This document shows, piece by piece, positions 37,801 through 50,720 of a stretch of DNA of 64,000 nucleotides. The translations under genes and the position numbers were made by a program. Positions within the stretch are counted from its first letter, which is position 1; each line of letters begins with the position of its first letter. The stretch lies in NCBI RefSeq assembly GCF_001194135.2, contig NC_068988.1, positions 24,522,296-24,586,295 on the forward strand. The letters are read 5' to 3'. A model generated the notes under the pieces. That model was given only the letters and a program-made list of their open reading frames with translations. It did not search any database and was not told where the DNA came from. This DNA comes from Octopus bimaculoides (Eukaryota).

Positions 37801-40800
37801 CCCACTACACTCTCGGAGTGATTGGCGTTAGGAAGGGCATCCAGCTGTAGAAACTCTGCCAAATCAGATTGGAGCCGGGTGCAGCCATCTGGACTTCTAC
37901 TATAGCCTCAGACTAACCAAAGCCTTGTGAGTGGATTTGGTAGATGGAAACTGAAAGAAGCCTGTCGTGTGTGTGTGCGTGTCTATGTTTGTCCCCTCCA
38001 CCATCACTTGACAACCGATGCTGGTGTGTCTATGTCTCCGTAACTTAGCAGTTCCACAAAAGTGTCCAATAAAATAAGTACTAGGCTTACAAAGAATAAG
38101 TCCTGGGGTTGATTTGTCCGACTAAAAATCCCTCAGNNNNNNNNNNAAGAATAAGTCCTGGGGTTGATTTGTCCGACTAAAAATCCCTCAGCGCGGTACT
38201 CCAGCATGGCTGCAGTCAAATGACTGAAACAAATGAAAGAATATATATATATACATATAAACACGTAAACAGAAAGAAAACAAAGATTGAAGATACAGTT
38301 CTGTATTTAAGAGATGAGAAATTATGTTACATTGTTTACATTTGACAGGCATATGACATAATTGTTAAGAGCGCGGGCTACTAAGCCCAAGATTCCAAGT
38401 TCGATTCCAGACAGTGACCTGAATAATAATAGTGATAATGATAATAATAATGATTTCAACATCGAAAAATACCTTTGGAATGAGAACCTAGGTTCGAAAT
38501 TTCTCCAAGACACCTGATGAACGCTGGAGGGTATATCAGACGAAACGTGTTAACAACAAACAAGATGAGGGTAAATATCCGTCAAATGTAAATAAAGATT
38601 GCAGATTTTCAGACAATGAATATTCAAGCATAAATATATAGACATTTACATTAATAGATCAAATTTACATGGAATACAAATGAGAGAAAATGCAAGGGGA
38701 CGAGGTATGGTGTTATTATAAGTCCAACACCTGTTTCTGGGAGCTCAGAGATCCATCACAATGTTCGTAGATGTAGTTCAGCACAGTATGCGGGCCGTAA
38801 TGGAAGCAAATAAACATTGGATAAATCAAGCCTTCATCATCAGGGTAGATAAAAAAAATCTTACCTTTCAGATCATGATACAGAAAAGTTTAAAGGTGGA
38901 ATCGGTCCCTCATAAAGACATCGGAGTCTAAATCCAAATAGCTTGAGTGCTAAGTGTTTTCTATACCAAGGATCACCAAATCAAGGTGGCAGGCTGGCAG
39001 AAATATTAGCACACTGGGCAAAATGCTTAGCGGTATTTTGTCTGTCTTTACGTTCTGAGTTCAAATTCCACCGAGGTCGACTTTGCCTTTCATCCTTTCG
39101 GGGTAGATAAATTAAGTACCAGTTGCATACTGGGGTCGATCTAATCAACTGGCCTCCTCCCCAAAACTTTTGGGCCTTGTGTCTAGAGTAGAAAAGAATC
39201 TCCAAATCTCATCTGTTGACTATATATGTGTATGTATGTATGCATGTATGACGTAAAGGAATAGGGATCTGGAATCCAGGCAGGTCCAACTTATTAACAC
39301 TCTGATATAATTCAGGTTCTGGCCAACTGATGATAGGAGAGCTACAGAATTGTTTAGTGTATGTATATGTGTTTGTGTTTGTCACATCCCACTTGACAAC
39401 TAGTTTTGGTTTGTTCACATCCCTGCAACATAGTGGTTCAGCAAAAGTGACTGACAAAATAAGTACCAGACTTTAAAAAAAAATAATAATAATTACTGTG
39501 ATTGATTTGTTTAATTAGTCCTTCAGGGTGATGCCCCACGTGGCTGCAGAGTAAGCTTCTTAACCACACAGCCTTGCCTTTGCCTGACTATACACATATG
39601 CATGTATATATATATCATTATCATCATCATCATCATCGTTTAACGTCCGCTTTCCATGCTAGCATGGGTTAGTTTTCAAAGTGTTTCTCTTCTAAGTAGA
39701 GACAAAGTATATTTGGAACAGTGAACTTATGAAAGGCACTGCCTATGTTGCTTAGAACACTGATCCAGAGTTAAAAACAATAGCCACTGTGGTCTCTCAT
39801 TGTACAATATATTCCCCCGATAGAGTTAAGGAGTATCTGAAATAATGTTTCTGTGAATGGCACTTAGTTTTTTGATCAACCACTCTACATAATAGGCCTC
39901 GGCTGGAACTAAACAACAACCACAATTATATCAGTATTGTTTCCTTGTTCTCCCTCTAGGACCATGGTTCTCAGTCATTTTTCTAACTATGATTACTATC
40001 TTATTCTGCTGGCCCCTCAGAGCCATTCAATGTTTAACCCTTTAGCATTTAAACTGACCATATTCAGCCTCAAATATTCTTATCTGTTTTATGTATAAAC
40101 TAGACAAATCCAGCCTCCACACCAACCCTACAATCTCATTCTAGAAATAAACAATCACATCATTGAAATTTTGAAGCTACATGCTAATATATAATTAATT
40201 CAAAACAATGTGAATAAATAAGCATTGTATTTGACAGCATAATCTGAATACTAAAGAGTGAAAAACTAGTTTTATAGATGCTTCTTTCAAAACTGGAGGA
40301 GACATGTGGGAAGGAGAGCCGCTGAAGAGGTCACAGGATGTGTAACAAAAGATTTTAGACTAAGGACTCTAAAATAGGAACAATGAAGTCTTTCAAAATT
40401 CCTATTTTGTTGTTCAGACAGTTAACTTGTGCAGATTGAACCAAGTAAAACATTAGGGAAAGAAACCCGACTGTTTCTTGCGATAAANNNNNNNNNNTGT
40501 TGTTCAGACAGTTAACTTGTGCAGATTGAACCAAGTAAAACATTAGGGAAAGAAACCCGACTGTTTCTTGCGATAAATACATCTAAATCAAAAATTTTAT
40601 ACGGACCCTTAAAATACTACTGTTGACGCCCCCCCCCTAGTTTATTATTTTGCTTGCAAGGACACCCCCACCCCACGCCAGATTTTACATGGACCCCGGT
40701 TGAGAACCACCACTCTAGGCAGTCAAATGGATCAATGAAGGGTTGCTAATCAATGACATTGAGCCAGCCTAGGGCTAAACAACAATCACCATGATATCCC

Positions 40801-43800
40801 ATTGTGTTGTTTAGACCCCTATCTAGAGTCAAGGTTATCAAATGATGGGTCTGCAAATGAAATTTGTCATTCAGCTGACTATCTATGTAGCGTCGGGCTA
40901 ACCTGGATGTGTGGAGGCACGTGGCTTAGTGGTTAGGGTGCTGGACTTAGGGTCGTAAGATTGTGGTTTCAATTCCTGGACCAGGCGATATGCATTGTGT
41001 TCTTGAGCAAAACACTTCATTTCACATTTCTCCAGTCCACTCAGCTGGCAATTATGAGTCATCTTGCGACAGACTGGCGTCCCATCCGGGTGCAGAATAT
41101 ATGCACCATGGAAACTGGGAAGCTGGCCCTTTTGAGTCTGCATGACTCGAGGAGGTACCTTTTACCTTTTTAACCTACACTTAAAACAACAACTGTTGTG
41201 ATGTAATCTTTCTTTAAACAAAACGGCAAAGTTATGGGGATGTAAACAAACCAACACCGGTTATCAAGCATAGGAGAAACAAACACACACATATATATAT
41301 ATATATGGTGGGCTTCCACACAGTTTCCATCTAATGAATTCACTCACGAGGTGAGGGACATCAGCTGAAGACACATGCCAGAAGTGCTGTGTGGTGGCAC
41401 TGAACCTAAAACCAAAATCTTTCGCTAAATAGAACCATGGTACCATTGAAAAAAATGGATCTGTACATGGTACCTACTCATTGACTGACACCCAGTACCT
41501 CATAGGGCTGACCTGGTGTTAACTCTTTAGTATTTAGATTACTCTTTCATGATTGTTTGAAAACATTTGACTGAGTGAAAGCACATGGCTCAGTGGTTAG
41601 AGCATCAGGCTCACAATCATGAGATAATGAGTTCAATTCCTGGACCCAGTTGTGTGTTGTGTTCTTGAGTAAGACACTTTATTTTCACGTTGCTCCAGTT
41701 CACTCAGCTGTAGGAATGAGTTGTGATGTCACTGGTGCTAAACTGTATCGATCTTTGCCTTTCCCTTGGATAACATCAGTGGCATGGAGAATGGAGTCTG
41801 GTATGCATGAGCGACTGCTGGTCTTCCATAAAAGCAACCTTGATCGGACTTGTGCCTCAGAGGGTAACTTTCTAGATGCAATCCCACAGTCATTCATGAC
41901 CAAAGGGGTTCTTTACTCTTCATATTTAACTGAATAAACTAAATGTTAAAGGATTAAGGTGACAAGTGATTTTAAATGACCTAACTTGTTAATGTTGTCA
42001 TTATTAAGTTGATAGGTCAGTCTTGATTCTATTGATCTTTGATCAATAGGTGATCAAGCTATGAGCGTTTCACATATTTTATCTTCGGGTGTAGTGTGTC
42101 TAAGATTGCATTAATTAAATGTGTCAATTCTTTTTCATATCACAAGTATACAACTTGAGGGATATTTGATTTCTGTGTCTAGCAGGTAGTGGTGGATTTA
42201 TAAGGGCTAACTGTCTCAGGCCCCCTTTCCAAAACCACCCCCACTAATATAATATAATGATTAAATATTAGTTTTACTTAAAGTAGATTTTTTTTTATAT
42301 ATTAAAATTTTCCTCTATGGCATTTTCATGCCATGGATCGCTACATACAGGCCTAACGCCCCCACCCCGCCCCACCCTTATTTTTGACATTATTTTCTTT
42401 TTTTTGCTTTTTTCAGATTATATTTTCTCACTAAAGATCCAATATACCATGGAAAATTCAGATACCTGGGGCTCAGAAAAGAGACGCTTCTAAGGAAAGG
42501 AATGAAAAGATACAGTTGCATTGAGGAAGATAGAAGGCCTTGTAAAGGCAAAGCTTTTTTGTCTACTTTGGAATTGGACGTCATGGCAACTTACGGTGAA
42601 GAACCAGCATGATATATTTCTTTTGAAATACCTGCACTCGAAAGTACCTACGCAGAAAATGAGTGTAGCCTTGATGGGTCATCACGTCCTACACACACTT
42701 CAGACATGGACAATGCAATTTAATTAAAACTTTGGAAGGAAAAAAAACTTGCACAGACTGTAAAGTTCCTGTTAGATGCTACATGGTCAGCTAGATGTGA
42801 TGCTACTGAAGCCCTCTTAAATGGATACAACTGCATCATGTGAACCATATCCAGCCATGTGGTTTTCTGTTAGAGATATGGTTGTTCCTTTTTTGGTCAA
42901 AACCAGTTATGACATGACAAAATATTTCTTTGCTTCTCAGATTTTCCATCAATGAAGCTGATGTCAACTCAATAGGCATTGTTATTTTGTCAGGAATTTC
43001 ATATTTTACACTAAACATGGCATTGGTAAGCTGAATTTGAGAAAGTGGACCTGTACTTGCTGTCAAAGGATCACAGTTCTTTACTTTGTTGCACTGTTTA
43101 CGTTCAGCCAAGATGACAGGTTTTCCTGTGAAGATGGTTCTAATGACTGAAAAATAAAGCAAGGCAAAAAGTAACCCTCTATCACAAACCTGATGTCGTA
43201 GATTCTTCTATGCTGGGAATCTTATTGTTTTTGTAAGTCTAGTGAAATAAGAAATACAGGACTGAAGTATTGTATTTTGTTGTAACCAGGATAGTTGTCT
43301 TAACTGAGAGAGGCCTAGAATTTAGAGACAGTGAAGATCTCGCAAGATCCAAGCATATGGAACTTGTTGCACTGTTTATTCCATTTTAAATGATTCACCA
43401 TAAAGAACCTGGCAATTGTGAAAATGGTAAACAATCATACTTACTGCCAAGCAGTCTATTAAGAAATTATTATGTTGATGGCAAAGTAATGTCACAGAAT
43501 TTAAAACAGCAGATCCGGCTCTTGTTAACCATCTAACAGTCATTGCCAGATGTAAGAATGTTTTAACTTTCAGACTGAGTGACACATAGCATTAACGTCT
43601 CTGTAAGAATTTCTAGAAAACAAAAGTATTAATTGAGAAGACTACAGAGGACAGTCCTTGGGGTAATATGAGCCCCAGATTTAAGAATGAGCAACAATTT
43701 TCATTGTTTGTGCTATTGTTTGTTGGATTGGGCAACTGACCCTTGCTGTGTTTAAGCTGTTAGTTGTGGTGACATCTTATAAAATTTATATACACCACTT

Positions 43801-46800
43801 TTTTTTTTTACCTGCATCGGTACATTGTAATGAAGACCGGAAGAACATAGACGCACAATAACTGTGAAGTTGATGTGACTGGAGCTCTCTTAGATGAATA
43901 CAACTGCATTCAAAATACTTTCGTGGATACTGAGAGTGACTAGGAGCAAACACCTGAAACGAGGTGTAAAGGTGGAAGTAACTTAATTTTTGTACAGGTC
44001 AGCAATTCATCCAAAGCTTTTCAAGGAACTGACATTGATCTGAAAGAAACGGTGGATTCAGTTGTTTCCTCGGGATAAAATTGAAATCATTTCAAGATAA
44101 TTGTGAAGCATTGAAACTTGAAGTCATTTGGCAGCAGAGATTATATAAAGCAATTCCTGACAAACCAAAGAGAGGAGGAACAAACATTTATGATGTGAAT
44201 CCCTCATCGGTCGGTCTAAGAGGTAGATGATCCTTTTCTCCAGAGAACATTCAGATATAGAACTTTCAGAGCCATTTATATAGTTTTACAAGAATGCAAT
44301 GTGGCACCACTTAGTGTTTGAAATTATAAACTTACGCAATCTATCTGATTTTTTTTTTCTGGTGCCCTAGAACCCATAAGGCTGTTTACCTAGTTTCCTT
44401 GGTACTTGTGACTGAGATCCCTGCTCTACCCTTGAACGGTACACCAGTCCTTTGCAGGTTCAAAGCCAGCAATGTTGAGAGGAGACAACAAGTTGATTAC
44501 ATGGACCCTGGTATTTGATTTGAACTTTGTTTTATCAACCACAAAAGGATGGAAGACACAGTTGATCATACCGAGATTTGAACTCAGAATGTAAAGAGCC
44601 AAACGAAACTCTGCTAAGCACATTGTCCTACATGCTAATAATTCTGCCAGCGTACTACCTTAGTCTACCTGATACCAAAATATTTACCAATTATTTTCCC
44701 TTCATGATGCTAATAATATTTGCAGATAAGAAATGGTCCAATTGTCCAGTTCATAGCATTATCCAAGCTCAGATATTTCATTCCATCTCAACTGAAAATT
44801 TTCCCGATGATAACAGGCTTGCTGGTACTTTCCCAACTCATTTTGCAACTCATGCATGACAGTCTCTAGTTCTTCAGAGAAAATATCACTCAGCAAATTG
44901 GTACCGATAAAGAATTATTAATGACTATGTTGAACTACGTACTTTGTGCCCATCGGATGTAGAGAGCAGTGTCCTGGCGGCGATACAGTTTGAGGAATTC
45001 CTTAAAGACTTTTTTCAGATTGCCATGTTTTGGAAAAAGAACAAAAAAGGGTTTTCTAGATACTGCTGTGTAGGACATAGAATTGTAAGTTGGTAAAAAT
45101 TACTGCACTTAGCTTAGATAAACCTTTGCATTGGTAGATGGATTTAATCTTTCTGTATTGATTGATAACTTGTTAACTTTTCATTTAACATTTATATATC
45201 TATGCATATTTATATTTGAATTTATATATAACAGCTTCTCTATGCATGTATAACTTTTTCAGTTCTAATTCAATGCAATAAATGAACCATGATATATAGA
45301 TTTGGTGATTTGCTGTGTATTCTAATTTCTTAGTAAGGGTGGTCTACCAAACACGATGTCCTCAAACCTGACAAGGCTTAAATCAGGTCTGATCAGTAAA
45401 TTGAATGATTGTTCAGTCTCTCTCTTTCCCATTCCTTAGCTAGAAATTTATCTGTAAACCCAGAACAAAAATTTGTTATTGATACAAGAAAAATAGTGTT
45501 GAGTAGGAGTGGCTGTGTGGTAAGCAGCTTGCTTATGAACCACATGGTTCCGGGTTCAGTCCCACTGCGTGGCACCTTGGGCAAGTGTCTTCTACTATAG
45601 CCTCGGGCCGACCAAAGCCTTATGAGTGGATTTGGTAGATGGAAACTGAAAGAAGCCCGTCGTATATATGTATATATATATATATATATATATGTGTGTA
45701 TGTGTGTGTGTTTGTCCCCCCCACCATTGCTTGACAACTGATGTAATTTAACAGCTTTTTAACTTGATACCTGTTAAACAGAAATTATTTTTATATAATG
45801 AAAATTTAATAAAATCTAATCATAAGTAAGTGAAATTATGCTAAATTGAAAACCTTTTTTCCCTGGCCATATTGGCAATTCTGAAAGCTTTTGGGTGCAA
45901 ATTTTACATGAGTATCAGCTTTTTTTAACAATTTTTATCCTGAAAATAACTTGCATGAATTACGTGGGTGCGCAAATTACATGGGCTTTTATGGTAACTA
46001 GTTTGACCTTTTTACCAATCTCTCCTCCTCTGAAGATTGAATGCTGGATCTGGTGCATCACTGTGCTAGTAGTGGCAATTCTGGCAATGAGATAAGCCTC
46101 TTGCTTTTCGTTACTCGTGCATCTATGAGTGGATGCTGAAAATATATTGGCTTTAGGTTAAATAAAATACAGGAGGATCAGTTAATTATGATTTTATTCA
46201 ACATATTCCCCTCTCAGATTCACATACTTATTGCAGCAGTCCTTCAGTTTTTCTAAGCCCTGTTAAAGAACTCCAACCAAACCTTTCGTTACACCCTTAA
46301 AACCAGGAACTTTTCAGCGCTCCCACATATCAAATTCATTCGTGAATACCAGGTTGTCCTGGTACTGTAACAAATGACACTCACCCAAGATGCCAGACAG
46401 TGGAACTGAACCTGAAACCACATGGTTACAAAGCAAGCTCTTTTAACTGCGTTGCCATGCCTGCACCTTAAAAAGACAAACTATTGAGATGACATTAATC
46501 CTCCTTATTAATTGTATTTTTTCTTCTCACAGGTGTCAAAGGAATTCAGGTAGAAGAGATATGGAGCTTAGATTCTGACAGTTTCAAAAATTTAAAGTAA
46601 GGAAGCTTCGTTGTTTTCAGATTTATTGCTTAACCCTTTAGCATTTAAACCGTCTGTATCTGGTCAAAATATTCTACCCGTTTTATGTTCAAACCAGCCA
46701 CATCCTGCCTGGTCACACTTACCCTTCAACATCATTATAAAATTTTCAATCACATTATCAAAATTTCGAAGCTATGAAATGATGCATGATTATTTAAAAG

Positions 46801-49800
46801 CAATATGAATGAAAAAGCATTAAGTTTGACAAATTAATCTGAATATTAAAGGATTAATGCCTTTTGATACTGATTTCTTTGTAATCCTCATTGGTTTTAT
46901 GATATAAAATGTTTTATTTTAAAGCATTTGCATTTCAGTCAAAACTTCCCATCATATTTTAGACCTAATAGTGATGTTCTTATATGTCTGGACTATTATA
47001 AAGTCAGATTTCATTCCAAGCTGTATCATTCAATGTTCATCTGTTGCAGACCTGTCCATGGACTTATTTTTCTATTCAAATGGGTACCAGAGACAGAACC
47101 AGATGGCTCCATTGTACGAGACAATCGACTGAACCAAATATTTTTTGCTAAACAAGTAAGTTTAATTTCTCTCACACACACACAATACGTGTGTATGTAT
47201 GTTTATATTTATGCATGTCTGTATACATATGTATGAACTCTTTTCCAACAGGAAATAAACTTCCTGTTGAAAAAGAGTTCATAACACCAACTAAAAAGAT
47301 TTGTCTCCCCTTACACACACTTCCTGTTTTGACACCACATTTCCTGCTTAACACAAACTTTTAGCCCCTTTTCTCTTTTTTTAAACCTAATACAACTCTC
47401 AATTTTCATGCATCCTTATTTTTCCAACCATTATCTACATGGATTACCATTGAACTTTAAAAGCTCAAAGACAATATAATGTATTGGTATATTTATTTTT
47501 TATATATTATTTTTTTCATCTTTTACTTCTTTGTAAAAAACATTTTCTTTCTCCCTCTTCTTGTAAATTTGCCATACAATGAAAGCCGGTTTGAAATCTT
47601 TATTAAAATATGCTTCCAGTTTAGCATTCTGCTTTATTATTATTTTTCATTTTCCTATTATTTCTCCCCGTGCGGTTAACACAACCCCACTATTTACAGA
47701 CTTATATATATATATATATTAAAATTAAGCAAAGGACATGTCTACCTGTTGGAAATAACAGTCAAAACTCTTACTTAAATCACTAAAATACACTCATAAT
47801 AGCTACAGAAATCAACCATCCGAAGGCAAATGGACTTAGACAATCTCTCAGCATACATTTATGTATTTGGACTCGGACTGGTTTCTGGACTGGCATAATA
47901 GCCTCACCTTCCTCAGCATGCGTTACCATGATAAAGAGCCCCAACCCGTCACACTGAAGTCTGTGGTGCAACTGATTCATTTTGTGCCAAATCATGGCAG
48001 CCACAAGTGTAGCTCGTTTGCCTTCGGACAGTTGATTTCTTTAGTTATTATCAGTGTATTTTGGCGATTTAAATAAGAGTTTTGACTGTTATTTCCAGCG
48101 GATAGACATATTCGGTATGTCCTTTGATTACTTTATTCTTTCAGTTATTTATTTATTTTTTTTTTTTTGCCTGCAATCACCTATATTACTGAATCTGTTA
48201 TTATCATTTTTNNNNNNNNNNNNNNNNNNNNNNNNNNNNNNNNNNNNNNNNNNNNNNNNNNNNNNNNNNNNNNNNNNNNNNNNNNNNNNNNNNNNNNNNN
48301 NNNNNNNNNNNNNNNNNNNNNNNNNNNNNNNNNNNNNNNNNNNNNNNNNNNNNNNNNNNNNNNNNNNNNNNNNNNNNNNNNNNNNNNNNNNNNNNNNNNN
48401 NNNNNNNNNNNNNNNNNNNNNNNNNNNNNNNNNNNNNNNNNNNNNNNNNNNNNNNNNNNNNNNNNNNNNNNNNNNNNNNNNNNNNNNNNNNNNNNNNNNN
48501 NNNNNNNNNNNNNNNNNNNNNNNNNNNNNNNNNNNNNNNNNNNNNNNNNNNNNNNNNNNNNNNNNNNNNNNNNNNNNNNNNNNNNNNNNNNNNNNNNNNN
48601 NNNNNNNNNNNNNNNNNNNNNNNNNNNNNNNNNNNNNNNNNNNNNNNNNNNNNNNNNNNNNNNNNNNNNNNNNNNNNNNNNNNNNNNNNNNNNNNNNNNN
48701 NNNNNNNNNNNNNNNNNNNNNNNNNNNNNNNNNNNNNNNNNNNNNNNNNNNNNNNNNNNNNNNNNNNNNNNNNNNNNNNNNNNNNNNNNNNNNNNNNNNN
48801 NNNNNNNNNNNNNNNNNNNNNNNNNNNNNNNNNNNNNNNNNNNNNNNNNNNNNNNNNNNNNNNNNNNNNNNNNNNNNNNNNNNNNNNNNNNNNNNNNNNN
48901 NNNNNNNNNNNNNNNNNNNNNNNNNNNNNNNNNNNNNNNNNNNNNNNNNNNNNNNNNNNNNNNNNNNNNNNNNNNNNNNNNNNNNNNNNNNNNNNNNNNN
49001 NNNNNNNNNNNNNNNNNNNNNATATATATATAGGTGCAGGAGTGGCTGTGTGGTAAGTAGCTTGCTAACCAACCACATGGTTCCTGGTTGATGGGTCTTC
49101 TTATCAAGCATGACATAATGCCAAAGGTCTTGGTCATTGTCTCCATGAGGCCCAACACACCCAAACGCACATACACTCACTCATTCACACATACATATAT
49201 ATCTTATTTTATTTTCTTTGCTTGTTTTTATTTCATTTTGCTTGTGCTCCTGCAGGTAATCAACAACGCATGTGCAACACAAGCTATTCTCAGTATTTTG
49301 CTCAACTGCAAACATGAAGATCTGGAATTGGGAGAAACCTTGACATCTTTCAAAGAGTTTGTTCAAAACTTTGACCCAGCTGTAAGTAATTGTTTTCGCT
49401 TTCATTTCAAGTACAGTGATACCTCGCAGTACAAGTTTAATTCATTCCATTACCGAGCTCGTCTTATGATTTACTCATTTTACAAATCAATTTTCCTCAG
49501 TGAAATTAACTCAAATATAATTAATCCATTCCAGCCCTCAAAAACCACTCAAAAATAATTTTTTAAGGGTTTTAAAGCAGAAAAGGTGTAGTTAGAAGTA
49601 AAATGACAATTACAAAAAAAAAAGAATGCAAAAGAAATATGTAAACTGGTTTTATTAACTGAATTATCTTGCTCCTACTGTAGATTTCTGCTCATACTTC
49701 AAGACAAAAATTCGCACAGGTCTCAGCTCGTACAGCAAATGTACAATGAGGCACTCGTACTGCAAGGTTCTATTGTATATGTTGTTGTTGATGTTGTTGT

Positions 49801-50588
49801 TTAACTTCCAGCTCAGCCTTGATTGAGCAGACTTATATAACCAGAGGTATTCTAGCCTTGGCCTTGCTGTTTTTCCAGACATTTTAACTCACACTACATT
49901 ATTCACTCTACCACTAGGCCCAGTCCTTGTTGTAGAAAGGTGCCTCATGTGCATCAGTGACCCTGTGACCTTCGCCAGTGGAGCACAAATTCTTGGTAGG
50001 GTGTCCCGTGATGCACAAGTCAAAGGATACAGGCCAACATTAACCTTTTTTTTACCATGTGGTAAGAGGCTTGTTTCCCAACCACATGGACCCAGGTTCA
50101 GTCCTACTGCATGGCACCTCAGGCAAATGTCTTCTACTATATAACCTTGTGCCAACCAAAGCCTCATGAGTGGATTTGGTAGACTGAAACTGAAAGAAAC
50201 CCATTGTATTACCATAAATTCTTCCTACGACCTTAAGTGACACTAGTTCAACCACACACATACATAAACTGCCACAACTACATACACACAACACACACCT
50301 GCACACACATACCCACACGTACCTCCTTCTCTTGCACTCTCCTCTCTTAGAAAGAACTTTTTCTTCACCCATTCTCTTCTGGTTATTTCAATATGTGACT
50401 GCGTGTGTATCGTTGGCGATTTTCTTTCTCCATGTTCCCTTCTTTGGACTTTTTGTATATTTCTAATGAAGAGCTCTGCTCAGAATGTGAAATTTTCTTT
50501 CTTTTCTTTCCTGAGTGTCCAATAACACAGTACTTGTTCCACGTCCTCGCATTGTTGTTTTTTCTTGCTTGTTCTTGTTTGGATTGAC

Positions 50589-50636
<48 letters not shown>

Positions 50637-50667
50637 TAAATATATATGCACATATATACACATATTT

Positions 50668-50720
<53 letters not shown>

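Noticed and set aside
38092-38191. Exact 45-bp tandem duplication
   Set aside because: The two copies flank a 10-N gap; this is a contig-end overlap artefact.
38347-38420. tRNA gene-like sequences (also at the heads of SINE families A, B, D)
   Set aside because: Acceptor stems are not closed and each continues into a shared repeat body; these are SINE heads, not tRNA genes.
40408-40577. Exact 80-bp tandem duplication
   Set aside because: The two copies flank a 10-N gap; this is a contig-end overlap artefact.
35545-40715. One 5-kb hAT element spanning the CAGGGGTTCCCAACC start and the GGTTGAGAACCAC end
   Set aside because: The termini are only family-level similar, I saw no 8-bp TSD, and the interior is unrelated repeats.
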